From: a virus | Taxonomy: Duplodnaviria > Caudoviricetes | Length of the DNA: 64,000 bases | Reading direction: 5' to 3' (one strand) | IMG/VR virus record: IMGVR_UViG_3300046739_000039 | Coordinates: 47,672 to 111,671 of that record | Shown: positions 1 to 8,249 of the stretch, piece after piece | Layout of the letters: each line of letters begins with the position of its first letter | Numbering within the stretch: the first letter of the stretch is position 1 | Notes under the pieces: generated by a model | What the model was told of the DNA's origin: nothing | What the model saw: the letters and a program-made list of their open reading frames with translations, nothing else | Database searches by the model: none | Made by a program: the position numbers and the translations under genes

Positions 1-1
1 T

Positions 2-2698
2 GCGGCTGCTATTGCGGGTACAGGTTCTGCCCTTATTAACTATGCTAATAAGAACATGGCTTCTAATTTCCAATTGGATTACTTTGGTACTAATGCCTCA
101 GTAGCTGGTGGAATTCCTGGAAGTAATTTCCAGGCTTCTAACAGAGTTGCCAGAGCTACGGTATTCAACAATAACAACGTTGCCCTTAATGCGACAGACG
201 CTGCGAAGGCTGGTTATCTAAACCAATACACCTTTGGTAACTCTCAGTTCAATGGTGTAGCTAACCCTGCCTTTGTTTCCGGTCAGAACATGTCCCGTCA
301 GTTTGCTTACGCCAACCCAACAGCAGGTGCCTATGGTGGTGCGCTAGCAGCTCAGCAGACTTACTCTGGTCGTTCCCTTGCAGCACTTAATGCTTATGGC
401 TATGGCAGTCCTATTTCCATGGGTGGCGTAAAGAATTCCATGGGCAACATTGCTCAAGGAATCTACGGCAGAACATTCGGTAATCAGAATGTAAACATGA
501 AGCAATTCAATGCTGCTATTCAGCAGGGTGGTTCGCTAGCTGTAAACCTACAGGCTGTAGGTGCCTCTGCTGGTTGGAGTCAGTCAACCATTCAGTCTTA
601 TCAGAACGTTCTTCAAGGACAGGTTGCCGCTCAACAGAAGGGAATGGGAGAAAGCAAGTACTACAGTTTGCTTAGTCAGGCTGCGGGTGGAAACAGATCT
701 GCTGTTAACCAGCTAGCCAAGACTACTGGTATGGGTTCCTCAATGTTTGAGAACCAGAGAAATCTAAACGCTACTCGTCTTACTCGACAGAACGATATTC
801 TGGATTCTCTCGCCCCTGCATTCGATTCAGCTACCAAGGCAGTAGACAAGTTCTCTCGCGCTCTTACTTCCTTCCTACAGTCAACCGGATTGGATAAGGC
901 AATCGGTGCCACCTCCGGTTACATGGCTCCCTTCTCTAACGCCCTGGGTGGCCTCTCTGGAGGCTTTGGAGCGGGTCTAGGTCTAATGGGTGCCGCTCGC
1001 TTTATGAGGGGCGGAGGAGGGCTCCTAGGCGGTTTGTTCGGTAGAGGAGCAGGAGCCGCAGCAGGCGGAGGATTGATCAACGCAGGTACCGCAGGTGCGG
1101 GAGCTGGGGCAGGTGGCGCAAGCGTTATTACCTCTATGGGTGGCGCGGCTGCTACTGGTGGTTTGCTGGCTCGTGGTGCCGCAGTTCTGAAGTCACCGCT
1201 AGGTAAGGCGGGTGCTCTAGGTGTTGGTGGTTGGGCTCTTGACAAGTACGGACACAAGGTTGTCAACAAGACTGTAAAGAATAAGACAGGAAATAAGTGG
1301 GCTAATGGTGCTGTAACCGTAGGTTCCGCTGCTGCTACTGGTGCCGCTATCGGTACAATCTTCGGACCTGAGGGAACTCTTATCGGTGGTGCTCTAGGTG
1401 CCGGTTGGGGATTAGGTGAGGCTATCTTTGGTGGTGCTACTGGTGAGGGTGGGGTTACCGGAACAAGTGGTAACTCTGCTAGAAACTCCTCTGTTCAAGG
1501 AGCTGGTACAGCTTCAGCAGCACAGATCATTAAGTATGCCGAGACTCAGTTAGGTGTTCCGTACGTTTGGGGTGGTGAACAGCCTGGAAAGGGCTTTGAC
1601 TGTTCAGGTCTTACACACTGGGCATACGGTAAGGCGGGAGTAAAGATTCCTCGTATTGCTTCTGACCAGCAGACTATTGGTACTGAAGTTCCTACTAACA
1701 AGACACAGCCTGGTGACTTGCTGTTCCAGGGTAATCCTGCTCACCACGTTGTTATGGCTATCGGTGACGGGAAGATTATTGAGGCCCCACACCCCGGAGC
1801 AAAGGTAACTATTCGTCATCTTAATCCAAGCTCCTACACAAACGCTAAGCGTATTGTTGGATCTATTGGTAATCTGAATTCTCTACTAAATGAGAATGGT
1901 GATGACTCAGGCGGAACACTAGGTAACAAGAGTTACGGTGGAGACCTGGGAACCTACGGAACAAGTGAAGCGGAAGTTGTTGCTTCTGCTCTAGCAGGCT
2001 CCGCAGGAAGTATGCCTATGGCTGCATCTGCTAAGACTGCTAGTGATGTTTCAGGATCAGGTACAGGTGGTAATCCAAAGGCTACTGGAAGCAATGAGAA
2101 GGCTCACCTGAAGTCATACGCTAAGGCTCTGCTAGCTAAGCACGGTTGGTCTAACCAGTGGGCTTCCTTTGACGCTCTGGAGATGTCAGAGGCCGGTTGG
2201 AACGTTCATGCCACCAACCCTCAGTCAGGCGCTTACGGGCTTGCTCAGGCTCTTCCTGCTAGCAAGTACACCAGTGCAGGCAAGGACTGGAAAACATCCG
2301 GTGAGACTCAACTTCGTTGGATGATGGACTATATCGCTGACCGCTATAAGTCTCCTAATGCCGCGTGGTCATTCCACCAGAAGAATAACTGGTATGCTGC
2401 TGGTGCGTGGAATATCGATAAGGATCAGCCTGCTACAGTTCACAAGGGCGAAATGATTATTCCTGCACAGCAGGCGGAAACAATTCGTCAGACTCTTCTG
2501 AACAATACCTATAACCCAAACTTGCAAAAGGCCATGGGATCTAACGGTGGCGGGCAGTCTATTACATTTGGAGATATCCATCTCACACTACCTAACTCAT
2601 ATGGTGGAACACCTGCGGAAGCACGTGACATGGGCAAGACTATTGTCAATGCCATGGAAGACCACCTTCGTCTTAAGAATCTACAGATTGGACAGTAA
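2..2698 (+). CDS. Tape measure protein (5'-truncated) with C-terminal NlpC/P60 and lytic transglycosylase-like domains
   Basis: Frame open from nt 2 (AAAIAGTGSALINYANKN-M...); long Ala/Gly-rich helical region; NlpC/P60 motif LGVPYVWGG...FDCSGL...H; SLT-like ESEAGWN..ATNPQSGAYGLAQAL; phage tail motif A.VHKGEMIIP; precedes baseplate genes. Confidence 0.85.
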   Translation, partial: AAAIAGTGSALINYANKNMASNFQLDYFGTNASVAGGIPGSNFQASNRVARATVFNNNNVALNATDAAKAGYLNQYTFGNSQFNGVANPAFVSGQNMSRQFAYANPTAGAYGGALAAQQTYSGRSLAALNAYGYGSPISMGGVKNSMGNIAQGIYGRTFGNQNVNMKQFNAAIQQGGSLAVNLQAVGASAGWSQSTIQSYQNVLQGQVAAQQKGMGESKYYSLLSQAAGGNRSAVNQLAKTTGMGSSMFENQRNLNATRLTRQNDILDSLAPAFDSATKAVDKFSRALTSFLQSTGLDKAIGATSGYMAPFSNALGGLSGGFGAGLGLMGAARFMRGGGGLLGGLFGRGAGAAAGGGLINAGTAGAGAGAGGASVITSMGGAAATGGLLARGAAVLKSPLGKAGALGVGGWALDKYGHKVVNKTVKNKTGNKWANGAVTVGSAAATGAAIGTIFGPEGTLIGGALGAGWGLGEAIFGGATGEGGVTGTSGNSARNSSVQGAGTASAAQIIKYAETQLGVPYVWGGEQPGKGFDCSGLTHWAYGKAGVKIPRIASDQQTIGTEVPTNKTQPGDLLFQGNPAHHVVMAIGDGKIIEAPHPGAKVTIRHLNPSSYTNAKRIVGSIGNLNSLLNENGDDSGGTLGNKSYGGDLGTYGTSEAEVVASALAGSAGSMPMAASAKTASDVSGSGTGGNPKATGSNEKAHLKSYAKALLAKHGWSNQWASFDALEMSEAGWNVHATNPQSGAYGLAQALPASKYTSAGKDWKTSGETQLRWMMDYIADRYKSPNAAWSFHQKNNWYAAGAWNIDKDQPATVHKGEMIIPAQQAETIRQTLLNNTYNPNLQKAMGSNGGGQSITFGDIHLTLPNSYGGTPAEARDMGKTIVNAMEDHLRLKNLQIGQ

Positions 2699-3495
2699 TG
2701 GCTACTAAATTACCTTCAGAGCCAATCTCCGGTCAGCTCTACCCTGAGCTAAAAGGAAAGCCTGGTGGGCGTACGTTTCAAAACCCACCATTCCATCCAA
2801 ACATTCTGAATGTTGGTGGAGCAAATAAGGCAATCAATCCAGGTAACTGGGACCCGTATAACCCAGGTGGAACCAAGAATTTCAATAGAGGAATCCTTAT
2901 CTCCGGTCCGGATGTTATCGATGGTCTTACCAATAGTGACACCTACATCGTAAACTTCCTGTACAACCCGTCAACAGTTCAAGAGTCAAGAGGGCTGGAC
3001 AATAACAATGGTGTCCTGCCCTCTTGGGCTAGAAATCCTGATGATCCAGGCAAGTACAATGTGTCTCTTAATACTGCGGTAAACTTCTCACTACTATTTG
3101 ATAGAACCTATGAATTATGGGACGCCGGATACAGAGACACCCTTGCAGGAGTATTCGGAGTCAGAGCAGACGTTGAGGCTTTCTATAACCTCATGGGTAT
3201 CAACTCATTTGTTTCCCAGTCAAAGTCAGCGATTGTGGGTAAGACAGACTTGCCAGGACTGCCTAACGGAGTAGCGGACGTAGTTGTACAGGGACCCATG
3301 CAAATGGTTCCTTCCTACCTGTCCTTCGGTTACCACTCCTCAGGCTCATTGGAGTACTTCGGATACATCTCCTCTTTCGATGTGACATATACACACTTCA
3401 CTCAGAAGATGGTTCCTGTACGTTGCGCGGTCAACGTAACCTTTACCGTGACACCACCAGTTCAGTCAACAGATAAAGCCAAAAACTCAGGATAG
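2698..3495 (+). CDS. Contractile tail tube-initiator/baseplate hub-type protein
   Basis: Follows TMP with TAATG overlap; FLYNPS, FSLLFDRT, GYISSFDVTYTHF..KMVPVRC.V.V motifs typical of this family. Confidence 0.6.
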   Translation: MATKLPSEPISGQLYPELKGKPGGRTFQNPPFHPNILNVGGANKAINPGNWDPYNPGGTKNFNRGILISGPDVIDGLTNSDTYIVNFLYNPSTVQESRGLDNNNGVLPSWARNPDDPGKYNVSLNTAVNFSLLFDRTYELWDAGYRDTLAGVFGVRADVEAFYNLMGINSFVSQSKSAIVGKTDLPGLPNGVADVVVQGPMQMVPSYLSFGYHSSGSLEYFGYISSFDVTYTHFTQKMVPVRCAVNVTFTVTPPVQSTDKAKNSG

Positions 3496-3503
3496 GAATT
3501 AAC

Positions 3504-3785
3504 ATGGCAATCAGTATTTACAGCAGATACGCTGATAATCAAGTAGTCCCTATCACTGATAAGAAGGGTGTAACCAAGTCAACCATCATTATTAGTCCTC
3601 CAAGTAAGTCAGTCGTATACGGTATTAGTACTTATACCTGGCAATTAGGGGATCAAATTGACTACCTAGCTTTCTCCGCATACGGAGATGAGACACAATG
3701 GTGGCGCATTGCAGATGCTAACCCAGAGATTTTATTCTGGGATAACGTTCAGCCGGGGGCGCAGGTGAGAATTCCAAGTGCTTAA
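3504..3785 (+). CDS. LysM-like baseplate protein (P2 gpX-like)
   Basis: SRY; GDQIDYLAFSAYGDETQWWRIADANP...GAQVRIP; synteny. Confidence 0.8.
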   Translation: MAISIYSRYADNQVVPITDKKGVTKSTIIISPPSKSVVYGISTYTWQLGDQIDYLAFSAYGDETQWWRIADANPEILFWDNVQPGAQVRIPSA

Positions 3786-5013
3786 TCCTTCACCCTCGTA
3801 TGCAGACTTCTCTGTGTTTGTCAATGGGACTACTCCCCTAGCACAGTTCACACCCTGTGTCAAGATAATTCAGTCTATGAATTCTCACTCTATTGCTTTT
3901 CTAGATGTTGTTTACGTGGGATCTAACATCGGTACCACTAACAGCCGCTCAGCTCATAAGTGGACCTATCTAAAAGAACAGACTCCTATCCAGATTGTCT
4001 ATGGACAGAAGCCTAATTTTATGAATGCCTTTGTAGGATATGTTGCGTCTTATGAATTGATTCGACTGGGTACCGATGTTGGTAACAACAAACTGACCAC
4101 CAGCACCGTACGCTACACCATCACAGGTGCCTCACAGGTCATGCAGTCCACTATCAACACAGCATGGAAGCACACCAGTCCTTCTACCATCGCGGGAAAC
4201 ATTGCGAATAAGAATGGACTACGTGGAATTATCCACACATACCAGTCAGCCATTGACTATCGTCTACAGAATTCTAGTGACTTTAAGTTCCTGGCTCAGC
4301 TAGCCGATGAAATTGGCTACAGATTCTATGTGGATAATACAGACTTGTATTTCATTAATCCAACACAAATCCTTAATAGAAATAATGCTCGCAATATTCC
4401 GCAGTTCTGGTCTCACAATCAGCCGGGTATATATGACACCGTACGATCCTTCAGACCTGTCGTAGGTACGATCACCCCCGATGGGGGAGTCGTGGCCAAC
4501 AGAAACGTTGTGGGACTCAACCCTACTACTGGAAAGCTTACACAGGCTACGGCTATAGCCAGCGCCCTTACAGCATCAGGTAACCAGATTGCTGATTACA
4601 TTACTAAGTATTACAATGATGCTCCTGCTGAGTCTTACTACGAAGCACAGCAGAAGGTAAATGCTGACGCATTGCGAAACCTATATTGGAATACAGCTTC
4701 AGCTACGCTTCGTGGAGATGCTAGAGTTCATCCGAATAGTCTTGTCAATATTGTGGGTGCTGCTCTTACTCCTGATGAAGTAGGTGTATGGTTAGTAAAT
4801 GACACTACCCACCATTTAGAAAAGCAACCACCAGGTGGAAACAAGTATGGTAATACATACACCACAGACGCTACGCTGATTCGAGATCATATCTACACAG
4901 CAAATACCAGTCAGCTTTCAGCGCTACAGGATCTCACAAGATCTGTGCCCGCTAAACTGGTAGGTAGCAAGTGGATATCATCGAATATTGGAGCGACTAT
5001 CTATGCAACCTAA
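3778..5013 (+). CDS. Baseplate hub protein (gpD/gp27-like)
   Basis: Q.SSDFKFLAQLADEIGYRFYV...LYF; G.WLV...H; synteny. Confidence 0.75.
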   Translation: MLNPSPSYADFSVFVNGTTPLAQFTPCVKIIQSMNSHSIAFLDVVYVGSNIGTTNSRSAHKWTYLKEQTPIQIVYGQKPNFMNAFVGYVASYELIRLGTDVGNNKLTTSTVRYTITGASQVMQSTINTAWKHTSPSTIAGNIANKNGLRGIIHTYQSAIDYRLQNSSDFKFLAQLADEIGYRFYVDNTDLYFINPTQILNRNNARNIPQFWSHNQPGIYDTVRSFRPVVGTITPDGGVVANRNVVGLNPTTGKLTQATAIASALTASGNQIADYITKYYNDAPAESYYEAQQKVNADALRNLYWNTASATLRGDARVHPNSLVNIVGAALTPDEVGVWLVNDTTHHLEKQPPGGNKYGNTYTTDATLIRDHIYTANTSQLSALQDLTRSVPAKLVGSKWISSNIGATIYAT

Positions 5014-5617
5014 TTACAATGCAATCTACCGGGCACTGGTCACCTCTACTACTGATCCAACGAACAGTGGAAAGATTAGGGTCCAGTGCCCACAGGTTGC
5101 TGGACTAGCCGAAATCAGATCGGCCGAACCTGTTAATGCAGCGCAACCCATTCCTAAAGTAGGAACTACTATCTGGATTATGTTCAGTGGTGGAGATATC
5201 ACTAAGCCTGCATACTTTGGAAACTCTGTATGGAACTCTAGTTTTCTTGTACAGGACTGGACTAACTTCACACTCGCTAGTGGTTTCACAACAAATGGAA
5301 ATAATAACGGTACTCCGCAGTTTCAGGTAGTAAGTGAGTATGGTTCTCTGAAAGTAAATCTTCAGGGAGGTATTAACATTACTTATCCCAGCAGCACTAT
5401 CGCCAACGGTGGAACATGGACAACCATTCCTGGTGTAGCTAGACCTACTGGACCTATTCTGAGAACGTTAACAGCCGCCTGTTCCGCAGCTTCCAGTACC
5501 ACACTATCCTTGAAGCTCGACTTTGCTTCAGGTGGTAGTGCTAATATTGTTGGTACAAACACTACTACAATCCAACCACCTTGGGTTTCTTTAAGCGGCC
5601 TCTACTACTACATTTAA
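5003..5617 (+). CDS. Baseplate spike protein, OB-fold N-terminus (gpV/gp5-like)
   Basis: YRALVTSTTDP..SGKIRVQCP...PKVGTTIWIMFSGGDITKP; ATG 5003 preceded by GGAG. Confidence 0.75.
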   Translation: MQPNYNAIYRALVTSTTDPTNSGKIRVQCPQVAGLAEIRSAEPVNAAQPIPKVGTTIWIMFSGGDITKPAYFGNSVWNSSFLVQDWTNFTLASGFTTNGNNNGTPQFQVVSEYGSLKVNLQGGINITYPSSTIANGGTWTTIPGVARPTGPILRTLTAACSAASSTTLSLKLDFASGGSANIVGTNTTTIQPPWVSLSGLYYYI

Positions 5618-5632
5618 TCTGGGATAATAAAT

Positions 5633-6052
5633 ATGGGAACACAGATAAGCATCCCCTTCGCTGTTCTAGAGAATGGCGCAGTGGCGACAGAAACAGATAA
5701 TGATATTCAGGTATCACAGCGTATCGATGCTATTGTTTCTACTGAGGTAGGACAGCGCGCAATGAGAGCCAAGATGGGCCTGCCACTATCTAGACTTCTA
5801 TTCGATACAAGCAGCGCTCTTGTAGCCTCTGAGATGAGAACTATGGTTACTCAACAGCTTCAGAAGTACGAGCCTGGAATTGAAGTAGTATCGGTGACAC
5901 CTAATGTCACACAGGCTAACGATGGCGTAGCCTCAGTAAATGTAAACTATCGACCTATCGTGGCCGCATCCACTACCAGCGCCGTGGCAAATACTGTCAC
6001 TGTTCTTGTGGGTGGAACAGTAAAGGAAGGGATTGTAAGTGGCAACAGTTAA
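5633..6052 (+). CDS. Baseplate wedge protein (gp25/GpW-like)
   Basis: ISIPF; STEVGQRAMR..G..L..LLF; QKYEP motif; synteny. Confidence 0.8.
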   Translation: MGTQISIPFAVLENGAVATETDNDIQVSQRIDAIVSTEVGQRAMRAKMGLPLSRLLFDTSSALVASEMRTMVTQQLQKYEPGIEVVSVTPNVTQANDGVASVNVNYRPIVAASTTSAVANTVTVLVGGTVKEGIVSGNS

Positions 6053-7565
6053 CGGTGTTCCGGCTATTGATTACACAAGTAAGGACTACAACGGTTTCAT
6101 TACCTCCATGCTGGACTTCGCTAAGACAGCGTTTCCCGAGTGGACTAACCAGAATCCTGGTTCTCTAGAAGTAATGCTTCTAGAATCTCTAGCCCGAGAA
6201 CTAGACGTACTCTCCTACTACGGAGACAGAATTGTTGGGGAAGCCTATATTGGTACGGCTACTCAGCTATCCTCAGTAATCCAATTAGCTGAGCTTCTGG
6301 GATATACTCCTGGTCAAGCTCTGGCAGCCACGGGAACTGTTACGTTCCAGACTGCCTCAACCTCAGGTGCCGTGACTATTCCGTTAGCTACACAAGTCAC
6401 TACGAACTATGTGTCTAGCATTAATGGACCTATCGTATTTGAAACAACACAGGTAGCTACTGTTCCTGCCAACGGTGGGACTCTTGCGGTACCTGTAATC
6501 CAGGGTGTCACACAAGGCTCTGCTGTATTTACCATTGGTAATAACACAACAGCACCATTCGCTATTACCACTGAGCTTATTGGGACGTCTGATGGTTCAG
6601 ATCTTCAGACATTCTCTCTGGCTAACAACCCAGTGGTCAGTGAATCTATCACTGTCTATATTCAGAATCCTGCATTTGGTTCAACCAGTGGGCAAGATCC
6701 TATCCTCCCATGGAACCGCGTTGCTTCTCTGCAACAAGCTGGCTCTTCTGACCAGGCATGGTCTGGAACTGTAGACGCTAATGGTGTTGTAACTATTCAT
6801 TTTGGTGACGGAATCAATGGAGCTGTTCCTGCCGCAGGTCTAAATGTCTATGCGAACTATCGTGTAGGTGGAGGAACTATCGGTAACCTAGCAGCGAATG
6901 CTATTGTCGATATTGCTTCAGCCATTACTGGTGTTTCTATTTCAGCATCCTCTGCCACTACTGGTGGAACATCCGCAGAGACTATTGATCAGATTAGAAC
7001 AAACGCTCCTCGTGCTTTTACTACACAACAGAGAGCCGTGACATTAGCTGATTATGGTAGTCTGGCTATGTCCCTTCCTATTGTTTCTCAGGCGAATGCT
7101 GTAGCTAACACGTACACCAATATCACTGTATACATTACGGGACAAGGAAACACAGTTCCTACACAGACCACACTTGATACGGTTACTCGTTTTCTTCAGC
7201 CGCTGTCACTAGCTGGAACAGTGGTCACCTGTACCGCTGCAACACTTGTTCCTATTAACGTAGGTTCTACAGGTAGCCCGGTACTGATCGGCTGTAGCTC
7301 TCGTTATAGCCCAACGTCTATTCAGATTCAAGCCACTCAGGCTATTCAGAATCTCTTCGCTCCATCGAATGTTCAACTAGGTGGACGCGTAACACTAAGC
7401 TCCGTGTACTCTGCTCTTTATGCGATTCCGGGAGTTCAGTACATTAACATTCCACTGTTCGTTAGAAGTGACGCTACTCAGTCTGGTGCTGCTGATATTC
7501 TTATGAGAAGCTTTGAACTAGCTACGTCTGGTAATATCGTCATCACTGTAACGGCAACCACATAA
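6039..7565 (+). CDS. Baseplate J-like wedge protein
   Basis: IDYTSKDY..F; PEWT; DVLSYYGDR; FGDGING..P; GG..AETID.IR; RAVT..DY. Confidence 0.9.
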   Translation: MATVNGVPAIDYTSKDYNGFITSMLDFAKTAFPEWTNQNPGSLEVMLLESLARELDVLSYYGDRIVGEAYIGTATQLSSVIQLAELLGYTPGQALAATGTVTFQTASTSGAVTIPLATQVTTNYVSSINGPIVFETTQVATVPANGGTLAVPVIQGVTQGSAVFTIGNNTTAPFAITTELIGTSDGSDLQTFSLANNPVVSESITVYIQNPAFGSTSGQDPILPWNRVASLQQAGSSDQAWSGTVDANGVVTIHFGDGINGAVPAAGLNVYANYRVGGGTIGNLAANAIVDIASAITGVSISASSATTGGTSAETIDQIRTNAPRAFTTQQRAVTLADYGSLAMSLPIVSQANAVANTYTNITVYITGQGNTVPTQTTLDTVTRFLQPLSLAGTVVTCTAATLVPINVGSTGSPVLIGCSSRYSPTSIQIQATQAIQNLFAPSNVQLGGRVTLSSVYSALYAIPGVQYINIPLFVRSDATQSGAADILMRSFELATSGNIVITVTATT

Positions 7566-7574
7566 GGAGAAACA

Positions 7575-8240
7575 ATGGTAGCGGTTTATCCAGCAGCTAT
7601 TAAGACTTTTGCATATAGACAGGACTACACTGACCTAGTTGAGGCCGCAGACGTTAACGTTTCTTATGATGAGATCCGCGCAGTTCAAAATACTCTCGGT
7701 GTAAATCCTCAGCAAGAAACAATCGACAGCACGTTAACTAAGTACAGCAGCGTCAGCAGTAGAATATCTGCGGTAAGAAGAGGTACGACAACCCCGTACG
7801 CGGGAGCGTCTGCTCACGATGTGCAGGTGGCATTCAACAACGATTACATTCCTTCCTGGAATTCAAAACTGTTTGATACTCACCATATCCTTAACGGATC
7901 TAATCTGGTTTGTCCTCGTGATGGTATTTACCATTTCAATTTCTATGTGAGATGGCACAAGGATAGCGTTCAGACAGCTAACCTACTTCCTACCTTTGAC
8001 AGAAATGGTAAGCTTCAGATTGAAGGACAGTTCAACGGTTCCACTTCGTTCCTTACCTGTCAGACAGACTGGTTCCCTGAGGGCTTCAAGGATTTTGCGC
8101 GTCAATCAGCCTCAATGATCTATCCTTGGTATAAGGGACAATCACTGAGAGTAAAGCTTTACCAAAGTGTATACAGAGCCGGAACCCTGTTTGCTACTGC
8201 CTATGCGAACGTTGCATACATCAGAGACATACCATCATAA
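7575..8240 (+). CDS. Tail fibre/minor tail protein (C-terminal jelly-roll-like domain)
   Basis: AVYP....F....D.TD.V.A.DVN..YDEI.AVQ.TLG.NP N-terminal motif; P.DGIYHF; AGGAG RBS. Confidence 0.55.
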   Translation: MVAVYPAAIKTFAYRQDYTDLVEAADVNVSYDEIRAVQNTLGVNPQQETIDSTLTKYSSVSSRISAVRRGTTTPYAGASAHDVQVAFNNDYIPSWNSKLFDTHHILNGSNLVCPRDGIYHFNFYVRWHKDSVQTANLLPTFDRNGKLQIEGQFNGSTSFLTCQTDWFPEGFKDFARQSASMIYPWYKGQSLRVKLYQSVYRAGTLFATAYANVAYIRDIPS

Positions 8241-8249
8241 GGAGTTTAA

